The position numbers and the translations under genes are program-made. Positions 40,586 to 50,135 of a stretch of DNA of 64,000 nt are shown piece after piece. The notes under the pieces were generated by a model, which was given only the letters and a program-made list of their open reading frames with translations, was not told the origin of the DNA and made no database searches. The stretch's first letter is position 1. Each line of letters opens with the position of its first letter. The stretch is from Candidatus Poribacteria bacterium (GTDB lineage Bacteria; Poribacteria; WGA-4E; PCPOR2b). The stretch spans positions 64,001 through 128,000 of the forward strand of contig OZ244042.1 in assembly GCA_965215015.1 (NCBI GenBank), read 5' to 3'.

Positions 40586-41767
40586 CTACTCCTTTCCGTC
40601 TTTTACTCTTATAACGACAATGGTGACATCATCGTCCCGATGATTGGTGCCGCTAAAGTCAAGGAGCGCAGTCTCAATGGTTTGGCAAAATGTTTCAGCG
40701 GATTGGCCACTGTTTGATTGAAAGATCACAGCAAGTCTTTCTTCACCGTAAAGGGTTTCATCGGACTTCCGCTCGGCTTCGGTGACTCCGTCTGTATAGA
40801 GAAGGAGTCCATCACCCGGGGCAAGGGAAATTGTTTCTGATTCAAAGGCCGCATAATCGAAGGTCCCTAATATCATCCCTCCTACTTTGAGTTCGTCCAC
40901 CTCTGTCCCCCCATTTTTCAGATGCAGCGGATAACAGTGTCCTGCGCTTGAATAGGTAAAGGTCATCGCTGCCGAATCTAAAATCCCATAGACCATTGTT
41001 GCAAACAGATCCGGATCTGTGTCAATTGCTAGAAGGTCATTGATTCGCTTGAGGGCAGCTGCAGGCGAAGTCTCTTCACGGCAAATCAGCCGGAGAGTTG
41101 TCCGAATCATGACCATCAGCAAAGCAGCAGGAATCCCTTTTCCGCGAACATCAGCGATTGCTATGCCGAGACGATTGTCGTCTAACGGAATGAAGTCGTA
41201 AAAATCACCGGACACTGTCATTGAGCTTCGCAGGAAGCCAGCGATATCAAATTCGGGCAGATCCGGGGCTTTTTGGGGTATCAGATTCTGCTGTATCACC
41301 GCGGCGGTTTCAAGATGCGAGGCGAGTTGTTCAACGCCCTCTTCAGTAAACCAGTCGCCCATCGTGCTAATAAGTGGATTGATATATTTGGTCGGGAGGG
41401 TGCGTCCAAGTACGGCTTCAATTCGTGCTGTCAACTCATCAAGGTCAAAAGGTTTTGTAACATAGTCATCTGCCCCCGCATTTAGTCCCTGAACCCTCTC
41501 ATGCGTCTGCGCTCGCGCTGTGAGCATGATGACAGGAATGGCACGGGTTTGAGCCTCCGCTCGCAATTTATCTATTACCTCAAACCCATCCATCACCGGC
41601 ATCATCAGATCGAGGAGGATGAGATCCGGTGAATAGGCTTTGGCTTTTTCTAACGCACCCATTCCATCGTTTGCCGTGATAACATCGAATCCCTCGGCAG
41701 TCAGACTCATCTGAATCAGCTCAAGAATATCGATATCATCATCTACAGCGAGGATTGTCTCAGCCAT
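40586..41767 (-). CDS. Response-regulator receiver fused to a PP2C phosphatase (RsbU/SpoIIE-like)
   Basis: REC: VDDD, LLDLMMP, VTKPF. PP2C: SGDFYD, IADVRGKG, YTDGVTE, DDVT. Confidence 0.93.
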   Translation of the reverse strand: MAETILAVDDDIDILELIQMSLTAEGFDVITANDGMGALEKAKAYSPDLILLDLMMPVMDGFEVIDKLRAEAQTRAIPVIMLTARAQTHERVQGLNAGADDYVTKPFDLDELTARIEAVLGRTLPTKYINPLISTMGDWFTEEGVEQLASHLETAAVIQQNLIPQKAPDLPEFDIAGFLRSSMTVSGDFYDFIPLDDNRLGIAIADVRGKGIPAALLMVMIRTTLRLICREETSPAAALKRINDLLAIDTDPDLFATMVYGILDSAAMTFTYSSAGHCYPLHLKNGGTEVDELKVGGMILGTFDYAAFESETISLAPGDGLLLYTDGVTEAERKSDETLYGEERLAVIFQSNSGQSAETFCQTIETALLDFSGTNHRDDDVTIVVIRVKDGKE

Positions 41768-41782
41768 TATTTCAACGCTCCC

Positions 41783-44098
41783 TTACTCTTTACGTTTTAC
41801 ATTATCGTCTTCTCTAACGAGCGGTAACACAAACTGAAAATTGCTCCCTTTGCCTTGATTTCCATCGTCAATCCACAATTTCCCGCCGTGCGCCTCAACA
41901 ATACTTTTGGTAATTGGTAGTCCCAAGCCGGTGCCGCCTTGCTGGCGTGTGCTAATATCGCTGAGCTGGTAAAACTTGTCGAACACCTTTTGGCGTTCCT
42001 CGGCGGGAATACCAGGGCCCGTATCAATGATTTCAACATGCAGGAGGTTTCCATCGACTTTAAGTTTGACGTTCACTTCACCCTTATTCGGTGTGAACTT
42101 GATAGCATTGCCAATCAGGTTTGTAAACACTTGGCCCAGGCGCGCTTCATCGCCGCGAATCTCAGGGACCGATTCAGGAGCGGTCAGATCTAGCTGAATT
42201 GATTTTTCGTCGGCTTGGGGGCGAATCTCCTCAATCCGCTGCGTCACAATCTCCAAAAGCGAAACCGGTTCCTGTTCCATCTGTATCCGACCAGACTCAA
42301 TTCGGGAAATATCGAGCAAATCGTTGATGAGTGCGGCGAGTCGTTTCGATTGCCGTTGGACGCGAGCGAGACTGTTTCGCTGTCTATCGTTAATTGCCCC
42401 CGCTTTGCCATCTAAAATGAACGAAACAAAACCGATGATTGAGGTCAGTGGCGTACGCAACTCGTGAGAGACAAGTGAGATGAAATCGGATTTCATCTGA
42501 TCAATCTCTTTTTCACGGGTAATATCATCAAAAAGGTAGACCGTCCCAAGGGTCAGGCCGTTTTCGTCAAGGAAGGGACTGGCAATGATACGGAGCACTA
42601 GCCTCTCATCATGGCGAACCAACGTAATTTCAGAGATGAGACTTGTCTCCTCGTTCTTTGATGAAATTTGCTCCACAGGTTTATTCAGAGAAATTTGGCG
42701 TTGGTCCTCTTTGAAAATGTGAATCAGCTCATCGTTTTGGATAATCTCGGTGAAATCCTTATCAACGTCATCAGCACTGAGATTGAGGAGGCGTTCGGCG
42801 GCGGGATTGATGTGAAGCACTCGGGCACTTGAATCCACAAGGATTAAGCTTTCGGCAATACTATTGACGATTGCGGTCATCTTCTTTTCTTCGTCGGTCA
42901 ACTGTTTGACCGCACTTTTGAGATTCCACCGCATCGAATTAAATTCTTCCGCCAGAATGCCGACTTCATCCTTACTGGTGACCTGAATTTCCTGATCGAA
43001 CTCTCCGCGACCAATCGCGCGTGCTGCCCCTGTGACTTGCCGAATCGGCGTCACAATGCGTTGGGAAACGAGGAGAGCAATTGCGATGACAACCAAACAG
43101 GAAATCAACGTGAACGACAAGATTCGCTTGGTGAATTCTGTCACTCTGTAGAAAGCTGATGAGGTAGGTAGCGAAACCAACACCATCCAATTTGTAAAAT
43201 TTTGTCCATCATTGGTAAATGCAAAGTTTCGTCTATCATCTATTTCTTGCCATAGTTGGGGAGGTGTACGCGCCCAGCCATAGACTCGTTGTTCTCCTTG
43301 TGCATCTGTTTCACCATCCATGTTGTATCCCTGATATTCATCGCTTTTGCTAATTGAAGTAAGTATTGCCTCCATTGCAGCGTCGCTCATTTCAACATGA
43401 TCCGAGAAATGGTATCCGCTGCCCGGAGTCGCACAAATAACCCGTCCGAACGCATCAACGAGGCAAATTTCCATCTCCTCTTTTTCAAGATCGACCGCCT
43501 CTGAGAGTTTAGGAAGCGGGGCGACAACTCTCAAGACGCCGACCACTTTCGATTCGGGAGGGGGGGACGGAATAGGTAAAGTCTTTGACACATAGTGTTG
43601 CTGCGCTTCGGCGTCATATTGGATATCGCTAATCAATTCATGACCGAGCCCGTTATTATAAGCCTTGTACCACCACGGTTCATCTATCTTATGAAAGAGT
43701 AGCCGGTTATCGGTTGTGAAAATGACCTGCTGATGCCAGTTGGTAATAATAATTTCGCTATTTTCGCCGAAGTGCCTTTCAAGCTGCGCGACGTTGTTCG
43801 ACAACGCTTTGTGTGCCTCTTGGAGTGTTGATAGCCGGTTATCATCGTTGGTAGATGAAACTTTCTCGCTTATGTTTCGCCATCGAGGAGACCGCAGGCG
43901 ATTGATAATCGTATGGTTTGCTTGAACTATTGTGTCTCCTGCCACTCGTTCGAGTCCATTACCGATTTCGTTTTTCAACGCACTTTTCCCGTCCCGGTGC
44001 GCTAAAAAAGCGACAACAAGCAAGGGAATAAGCGATACTAGCAGAAAGAGCAGAACGAGTTGCCCCCGCAATCCCATTCTAAGACGTAGACGTTTCAT
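41783..44098 (-). CDS. Membrane sensor histidine kinase (Cache-like, HAMP, PAS, HisKA, HATPase)
   Basis: Two TM segments, DEVGILAEEFNSM (HAMP), SHELRTPLTSI, NLIGNAIKF, DTGPGI and GGTGLGL. Confidence 0.93.
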   Translation of the reverse strand: MKRLRLRMGLRGQLVLLFLLVSLIPLLVVAFLAHRDGKSALKNEIGNGLERVAGDTIVQANHTIINRLRSPRWRNISEKVSSTNDDNRLSTLQEAHKALSNNVAQLERHFGENSEIIITNWHQQVIFTTDNRLLFHKIDEPWWYKAYNNGLGHELISDIQYDAEAQQHYVSKTLPIPSPPPESKVVGVLRVVAPLPKLSEAVDLEKEEMEICLVDAFGRVICATPGSGYHFSDHVEMSDAAMEAILTSISKSDEYQGYNMDGETDAQGEQRVYGWARTPPQLWQEIDDRRNFAFTNDGQNFTNWMVLVSLPTSSAFYRVTEFTKRILSFTLISCLVVIAIALLVSQRIVTPIRQVTGAARAIGRGEFDQEIQVTSKDEVGILAEEFNSMRWNLKSAVKQLTDEEKKMTAIVNSIAESLILVDSSARVLHINPAAERLLNLSADDVDKDFTEIIQNDELIHIFKEDQRQISLNKPVEQISSKNEETSLISEITLVRHDERLVLRIIASPFLDENGLTLGTVYLFDDITREKEIDQMKSDFISLVSHELRTPLTSIIGFVSFILDGKAGAINDRQRNSLARVQRQSKRLAALINDLLDISRIESGRIQMEQEPVSLLEIVTQRIEEIRPQADEKSIQLDLTAPESVPEIRGDEARLGQVFTNLIGNAIKFTPNKGEVNVKLKVDGNLLHVEIIDTGPGIPAEERQKVFDKFYQLSDISTRQQGGTGLGLPITKSIVEAHGGKLWIDDGNQGKGSNFQFVLPLVREDDNVKRKE

Positions 44099-44110
44099 GA
44101 TAGATTCCTG

Positions 44111-44449
44111 CTATGAACCAAATGCGCCCGTTGCCGATTCTTCATCTGAATAAACTTCGAGAATCGTGTTGAGGCGAGTGACCTGCAAGACATTGAGGAC
44201 AGTGTGTTGTGGATTGAGCAGGACCAGTTTTGCATCCATCTTCTTGAGGAACTGCAAGGTCGCGATAATTATTCCCAGTGCCGTACTATCTAACAGAGGA
44301 ACCTTCGCCATGTCCAAGACCAGACCGCCTCCACCCTGCTCAATCTGTTTATCCATTTCACGTTTGAGCGCGTTGGCCGCGCCACCTATGATTTTTCCAT
44401 CAATTCGGATAACTGGAACATTATTATGACTGATCGATGTTTCAAACAT
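44111..44449 (-). CDS. Second STAS-domain anti-sigma factor antagonist
   Basis: LVLDMAKVPLLDSTALG motif. Start overlaps the end of rsmG. Confidence 0.88.
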   Translation of the reverse strand: MFETSISHNNVPVIRIDGKIIGGAANALKREMDKQIEQGGGGLVLDMAKVPLLDSTALGIIIATLQFLKKMDAKLVLLNPQHTVLNVLQVTRLNTILEVYSDEESATGAFGS

Positions 44450-45149
44450 CTAAGAAGCTCCTTCGTCGTATAGCAACGTAAGTCCGATTTAGCTTAGGGA
44501 TGGGACTACTAACAATAGATGGATCCCTACCCCCCAGCGATTGTAATTTAGGGGTTGCCTGCTGAATTTCACGCTGCATCTCAGGGGACTTATAAGCAAC
44601 CCATGTTCCATTTGACTTCAATAGCGGAAGACAGTAAGCCACCGAAACCTCTAGAGAAGCAACGTAACGGGTCAAGACCCAATCGTAAGCAGTTATGTGC
44701 GGACTGTTTGTTGCACATTCTTCAGCTCGTTGGGCGATGATACGAGGGGGTTCCCACGAGCCCGAGGTTTCTGTTTGGCGGTTCCGGCTCAGTTGAGAGA
44801 TGAGAAACCGCAGAAAACTTGCCTTCTTCAATGAGGGTTCAACTAGAACTAATTTAATGTCAGGCATATAAATTTTAATCGGCAGTCCCGGAAAACCTGC
44901 CCCCGTCCCGATATCAATCACCGAATCTCCGGGGTTAATGTCAAAACATTGTAGCACACTTAGCGAATCGAGAAAATGCTTTACAATAATTTCTTGATCT
45001 CCCCGAATCGAGGTCAAGTTCATCCGCGAATTCCAACGTTTGAGCTCACGCCAATAAATGACGAACTGATTAAGTTGCACAGGTTCCAATGGAAAACCGT
45101 ACTGAAGAAGTATCTGTTCTAATTCTGCTCGAAATTGGCTGGACATCAC
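44442..45149 (-). CDS. rsmG: 16S rRNA m7G527 methyltransferase
   Basis: WNSRMNLTS, KHFLDSL and DIGTGAGFPG motifs. Follows mnmG. Confidence 0.95.
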   Translation of the reverse strand: MMSSQFRAELEQILLQYGFPLEPVQLNQFVIYWRELKRWNSRMNLTSIRGDQEIIVKHFLDSLSVLQCFDINPGDSVIDIGTGAGFPGLPIKIYMPDIKLVLVEPSLKKASFLRFLISQLSRNRQTETSGSWEPPRIIAQRAEECATNSPHITAYDWVLTRYVASLEVSVAYCLPLLKSNGTWVAYKSPEMQREIQQATPKLQSLGGRDPSIVSSPIPKLNRTYVAIRRRSFLDV

Positions 45150-45273
45150 GTCTCAAACTTGTTGCGCGGTATGCCAGACTAATGGATAACGGATTGTAGC
45201 GAACTTGCGTTGCGTAATTACATGGCAACCGCGTCTTCCCACTTCCACACTTGATAAGAATATCACAAACGCA

Positions 45274-47163
45274 TCACGCCTGTGGTTGCATCTGTCGTTT
45301 GTATTGCTCAACCCAGACCATAAGTATTGAAATGTCCGCAGGTGAAACACCGGGGATACGCGATGCTTGCCCAACAGAGATTGGACGAATCTTTGCGAGT
45401 TGTTCACACGCCTCTGTTTTTAGACTATGCACGGAGGTATAATCAAAATCGTCCGGAATCCGAAAGTGCTCCATCTTTTTGAACTGTTGAATTTGCGTAG
45501 TTTGACGATGAATGTATCCTTCGTACTTGATCTGAATTTCGACCTGTTCCTCCACAACTTCGGGCAACGGTTGGGGATTTGGGGCGAGCCGCTTGATTTG
45601 CTCATAATGAACTTCTGGACGCTTGAGCAATTCCGCCAATGAAGTGGGTTGACCGATTTCACCAATTCCAACAGATTTCAAAAGGGTTTGTGTGTCGAGT
45701 GATGGTTTCAACCGTGCCTGTTCTAAGCGATTCTTTTCCACCTCCACCAATTTCCGCTTTATTTGGAAACGCTCGTAGGCATCAACCGTCACCAGATTAA
45801 TCTGACGTCCCATCTCCGTCAATCGTAGGTCCGCGTTATCCTCGCGTAACGCTAGCCGATACTCTGCGCGCGAGGTAAACATCCGATACGGTTCACGGAT
45901 ATCCTTGGTTACGAGGTCGTCGATTAGAACGCCGATGTACGCTTGGGAACGATCGAGAATAAGTGGCTCTTCAGCCCGCACCTTCAAGGCAGCATTAATC
46001 CCCGCCATTAATCCTTGTGCGGCAGCTTCCTCATAGCCGGTGGTGCCGTTGAGCTGACCAGCGAAGTATAGGTGCTCTACCCACTTGGTTTCAAGGGTTG
46101 GGTAGAGCTGAGTCGCCGGGGCGAAATCGTACTCTACCGCATAGGCGAAGCGCATAATCTCAGCGTTTTCCAAGCCTGTGATGCTATGCACCATATCCAC
46201 CTGAACATCCTCCGGCAAACTTGCGGAAATTCCATTGAGGTAGATTTCATCTGTATCCCTGCCCTCCGGTTCAACGAAGACCTGATGGCGATCTTTGTCA
46301 GCAAAGCGTACAACCTTGTCCTCAATTGACGGACAATACCGGGGACCAATCCCGGTGATTCTACCACTGTACATAGCGGACCGATGGAGGTTATCGCGGA
46401 TAATCTGATGCGTTTTTTCGTTCGTGTACGTTAAGTGACACGGCATCTGAGACTGAGTGATTTTTTCCGTTGAGAACGAAAAGGGGCGAGGCTGTGCATC
46501 GCCAGGTTGAATCTCCATCACATCAAAATTCACGGTATGTGCATTGACACGCGGCGGCGTTCCGGTTTTCAGACGACCGATTTCAAATCCAAGGTTCAGA
46601 AAATTCTCCGATAGCTTTTCAGCCGACGATTCTCCTGCCCGCCCAGCACTGTAGGATACATCGCCAAGATGCACTAAGCCCTTGAGGAATGTACCCGTCG
46701 TCAAAATAACCGTCTTAGCAAGGTAGGCGGTTTGGGTGTTGCCCAATATGCCAATACATCTACCATTTTCGGTCAACAGCTCATCAACCAACATCTGCTT
46801 AATATCGAGGTGCGGTTGCCGCTCTAGGACGCGTTTCATCTCGGACTGATACGCGTGTTTGTCTGCCTGGGCGCGGCTTGAACGAACAGCCGGACCCTTC
46901 TTTGTATTCAATTGACGAAATTGGATGCCCGTTTTGTCGATATTCTTCGCCATCTCGCCGCCGAGTGCGTCAATCTCCTTAACGAGGTGCCCCTTTGCAA
47001 GCCCACCGATTGCCGGGTTACAGGACATCTTCGCAATGGTGTCAAGGTTGATTGTGACAATCAACGTCTCGCAGCCCATTCGGGCCGAGGCAAGGGCAGC
47101 CTCACAACCCGCATGACCCGCGCCAACAACAAGAACATCATATTGTTTGTGATAGGTGTTCAT
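45274..47163 (-). CDS. mnmG: tRNA uridine-5-carboxymethylaminomethyl modification enzyme
   Basis: VVGAGHAGCEAA, MSCNPAIGG, GPRYCPSIEDK and AGQLNGTTGYEEAAAQG motifs. Confidence 0.98.
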   Translation of the reverse strand: MNTYHKQYDVLVVGAGHAGCEAALASARMGCETLIVTINLDTIAKMSCNPAIGGLAKGHLVKEIDALGGEMAKNIDKTGIQFRQLNTKKGPAVRSSRAQADKHAYQSEMKRVLERQPHLDIKQMLVDELLTENGRCIGILGNTQTAYLAKTVILTTGTFLKGLVHLGDVSYSAGRAGESSAEKLSENFLNLGFEIGRLKTGTPPRVNAHTVNFDVMEIQPGDAQPRPFSFSTEKITQSQMPCHLTYTNEKTHQIIRDNLHRSAMYSGRITGIGPRYCPSIEDKVVRFADKDRHQVFVEPEGRDTDEIYLNGISASLPEDVQVDMVHSITGLENAEIMRFAYAVEYDFAPATQLYPTLETKWVEHLYFAGQLNGTTGYEEAAAQGLMAGINAALKVRAEEPLILDRSQAYIGVLIDDLVTKDIREPYRMFTSRAEYRLALREDNADLRLTEMGRQINLVTVDAYERFQIKRKLVEVEKNRLEQARLKPSLDTQTLLKSVGIGEIGQPTSLAELLKRPEVHYEQIKRLAPNPQPLPEVVEEQVEIQIKYEGYIHRQTTQIQQFKKMEHFRIPDDFDYTSVHSLKTEACEQLAKIRPISVGQASRIPGVSPADISILMVWVEQYKRQMQPQA

Positions 47164-47165
47164 CC

Positions 47166-47573
47166 TTAACTATGTCCCAAATAACTGAGGGTGCAGCATA
47201 ATTCAAGGCGTGCCCTCGCTGGATTGGCACAGGATTGCCTGAGGACATTGTACGGCGTGTGTTTCCGCTTGCCTCGGTGATGAAACGCCGGCACTATGTG
47301 CTCATATGGAATACCTGCCTCCAGAAGTTCATCGGTAATACCGGTTTCTGTACCGTCATGCTGAATCCACACCTTGCCATCGCGGATGTCCACATGAAGT
47401 ATCGCACCATGGATGCGATGGTAGCCGTCCCATCCTGCGTAAACCATTTCATAGTGCCCCTGTGCATCGTCAAAAATTGTTTCTACCACAATGTCACCGC
47501 AAGGGGGCTTAATTGCCGCGTATTCTCAAATAATCCGCTTAACTATTTCTGCAAATCTTGCTACGTCAGCCAT
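47166..47573 (-). pseudogene. xisI: XisI-like protein with an in-frame stop
   Basis: MADVARFAEIVKRII-TGA(47526-47528)-EYAA...HVDIRDGKVWIQHDGTETGI..ELLEAGIP. Confidence 0.8.
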
Positions 47574-47995
47574 TGTTGAATCACCTCTTGATCGGGGTCA
47601 AAGACAATCACTTCCAATGGATAATCCTATCTGACAACACACCCTAACTCTGCGCTGAAAACGCCGTGAAAAGCGTCCCTCGGCACAGCGAGATACAATG
47701 TGCGCTCTGGATGCCGCCGTTACATCAGGCTACGGTAAAGGAGATACTGGCCGAGAGCGTTTTCCAAGTCATCCACTTCTGAATGTCCCACAAAACTCTT
47801 GACTTCTATGGCAATCTGTTGCCCTTCTTTCTCGGCAGGAAGCATCTGCTCTGCGCCGAAACCCACATACAAGTTATGCAATCCGAATGGAAGAACAAAT
47901 GGATCGGGCGTAATCCACCACCCATCTTTGACGAGGACATTCTTCACAACGTCATGGTAAATGTCACGTCGGGGCAAGGGAGATTCCCTCGTCAT
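47561..47995 (-). pseudogene. xisH: XisH-like protein with two in-frame stops
   Basis: RDIYHDVVKNVLVKDGWWITPDP...AIEVKSF...ALGQYLLY, TAA(47720-47722), PERTLYLAVP, TAG(47627-47629), VFDPDQEVIQQW. Confidence 0.85.
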
Positions 47996-48004
47996 AAGGT
48001 CAGG

Positions 48005-48973
48005 TTACAATCCCGAATAAATGATGTCTAGCACCAATCGCCCGACAATCTCCAAGCTTTCTGCGCTACATTTGTCAGGGGTATCCTCCACTGTGTGCCA
48101 GTACGGATAATCGAAGTCAATAATATCAATTGTCGGGACGCCTGATTGGATGAGGGGCAAGTGATCATCCATGATTGCAAGTCCCAATCGGCGTTGAAAC
48201 GCCGGTAACCCCAATTCTGCAGCCCGCTGCCAGACTGCCTCCGTCAAATCTCGCGCGGCATTCCACGAATACCGTTCCATCGGTAACTCTAGCACCCGGT
48301 CGCCAACCATGTCTAACAGGATACCAAAATCTGCCTCCCATCTACCCATGTTCTCGGCGAAGTATGTTGAGCCCAGGAACATATTGGAAAGCGTTCTGCC
48401 GTAATCTTCGCCATCAAACAGAACAATGATAACTTGGATCGGAGGCGGTTTAGATTTCAGAACTCGTGCGATTTCCAACAGAACTGCCACGCCCGAAGCA
48501 CCATCGTTCGCACCGAGGATTGGCGTGTCCCGGTTGGCTGGACTCGGATCCCGATCGGCAAATGGACGCGTGTCCCAGTGTGCTGCGAGGAGCATCGTGC
48601 CACCCGAATCTTCCCCGAAACGCGCCAAGATATTATTCATCTGAATCGTTTTGTCTTGGTCCCGAAATTCAAAAGGTTGAAACACAACCTCATCGGCATA
48701 TTTCTCGAGTTCTGCGAATAGATATACCCCTGTTTCCTGATGAGCGGTCGTCCCCGGCACACGCGGACCGAACTCACACTGCTTTTCTAAGTAGGCAAAG
48801 GCACGTTTGGCGTTAAAAGTGCCATCGCTAGAGGTTGCCTCTGCTAACGTCGACGGAGACGAATCAGCGTCGGATTCAGCATAAACCAAGACTCCATCCA
48901 AACCGAAGCGCACTATGCCCAGTACACTCCACAGGAAGACCCAAAACTTCAGTTTACAAGATAATCGGTTCAT
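48005..48973 (-). CDS. M28 family peptidase / glutaminyl cyclase-like exported protein
   Basis: FGPRVPG, AHWDTRP, GANDGASG, FDGED, DDHLP and YWHT motifs. Confidence 0.9.
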   Translation of the reverse strand: MNRLSCKLKFWVFLWSVLGIVRFGLDGVLVYAESDADSSPSTLAEATSSDGTFNAKRAFAYLEKQCEFGPRVPGTTAHQETGVYLFAELEKYADEVVFQPFEFRDQDKTIQMNNILARFGEDSGGTMLLAAHWDTRPFADRDPSPANRDTPILGANDGASGVAVLLEIARVLKSKPPPIQVIIVLFDGEDYGRTLSNMFLGSTYFAENMGRWEADFGILLDMVGDRVLELPMERYSWNAARDLTEAVWQRAAELGLPAFQRRLGLAIMDDHLPLIQSGVPTIDIIDFDYPYWHTVEDTPDKCSAESLEIVGRLVLDIIYSGL

Positions 48974-48987
48974 CGTTTATTTTAGGC

Positions 48988-49587
48988 TTAAATGCGCCGG
49001 CGCCCTTCTAAAGCTTTAGCAAGTGTCACCGCGTCTATATACTCAAGATCACCGCCGACCGGAATCCCATAAGCAATTCGGGTGGTGGTAATCTCAAGAT
49101 GTTCGAGTTGTTTTGTCAAGTAGAGAGCGGTCGCCTGACCTTCAGTGGTGTAATTTGTTGCGAGGATGACCTCTTTGATGGCTTCACTGTGAATCCGCTG
49201 AAAGAGTTGGTCAATCCTGAGATCTTTCGGTCCCACACCGTCCAACGGCGATAAAACACCCATGAGCGCGTGGTATAAACCTTTATATTCCTGCGTACGC
49301 TCAATTGCCAAGAGATCATCTGGCTCTTCAATGACACAAATTGTTTGGCGATCTCGCCTCGTATCTGTACAGATATAACAGGGCTGCTGATCTGTGATAT
49401 TTCCGCAGACCGTGCAGTAATCTAGATGAGTCTTTACCTCGGAGAGTGCTCGCGCCAGTTGAGCCGTGTCAGATTCGGGCATTTTTAACATAAAAAATGC
49501 TAAACGTTGCGCCGTTTTGGCACCGATTGTAGGGAGCTTTTGCAACTCGTTGATAAGACGTGCTAGCGGTTCAGGATAATGGAGCAT
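48988..49587 (-). CDS. recR: Recombination mediator RecR
   Basis: LPTIGAKTAQRLAF, C4 zinc finger, Toprim domain with TEGQATA and GIPVGGDLEY. Confidence 0.97.
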   Translation of the reverse strand: MLHYPEPLARLINELQKLPTIGAKTAQRLAFFMLKMPESDTAQLARALSEVKTHLDYCTVCGNITDQQPCYICTDTRRDRQTICVIEEPDDLLAIERTQEYKGLYHALMGVLSPLDGVGPKDLRIDQLFQRIHSEAIKEVILATNYTTEGQATALYLTKQLEHLEITTTRIAYGIPVGGDLEYIDAVTLAKALEGRRRI

Positions 49588-49699
49588 GCTGAGTTTTTGT
49601 CCGGTACGCTGCGCCAGAGAAGTCTAGCCCTTATAGCCTTTGTGCTAGTTGGTGAGGATATCCAGGTTACTGGTTCATTAGTTCATTAATGGACCAATT

Positions 49700-50008
49700 T
49701 TACATCAGCCCCGGAATTTTAACGCCTCCAGTCAATTTGCTCATCTCTTGCGTCATTAATTCTTGCGCTTGATGCCGCGCTTCATTGACTGCAGCAATGA
49801 TAAGATCTTCGAGCATTTCGATATCATCTGGATCAACAACCTCCGGTGAGATTGTGAGCGACATGAGTTCCTGCTGGCCATTGACAACAGCTGTTACCAT
49901 ACCGCCGCCAACGGTTGCTTCAACAGTGCGAGTGGCAAGCTCCTCTTGAATGTCAAGCATGCGCTTTTGCATCTGTTGCGCTTGTTTCATCAGATTATTC
50001 ATATTCAT
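49700..50008 (-). CDS. ybaB: YbaB/EbfC nucleoid-associated protein
   Basis: MKQAQQMQ, VGGGMVT and DIEMLEDLIIAAVN motifs. dnaX-ybaB-recR synteny. Confidence 0.96.
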   Translation of the reverse strand: MNMNNLMKQAQQMQKRMLDIQEELATRTVEATVGGGMVTAVVNGQQELMSLTISPEVVDPDDIEMLEDLIIAAVNEARHQAQELMTQEMSKLTGGVKIPGLM

Positions 50009-50135
50009 TTGAATGACCTCTTGTAGATCCTGTTAAATAGTTATAGTCTGAGATTCTATCATTAAGTACGCAGTACACTTTGTCCACTTGGGAGTTCATT
50101 CTCAAAGTGAGAGTATACATCTCCTCCAACAAAGG

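Noticed and set aside
47166-47995. Stop-codon recoding (alternative genetic code, Sec or Pyl) explaining in-frame stops
   Set aside because: All three stop types occur, all three terminate normal genes in this window, and conserved genes have no internal stops.
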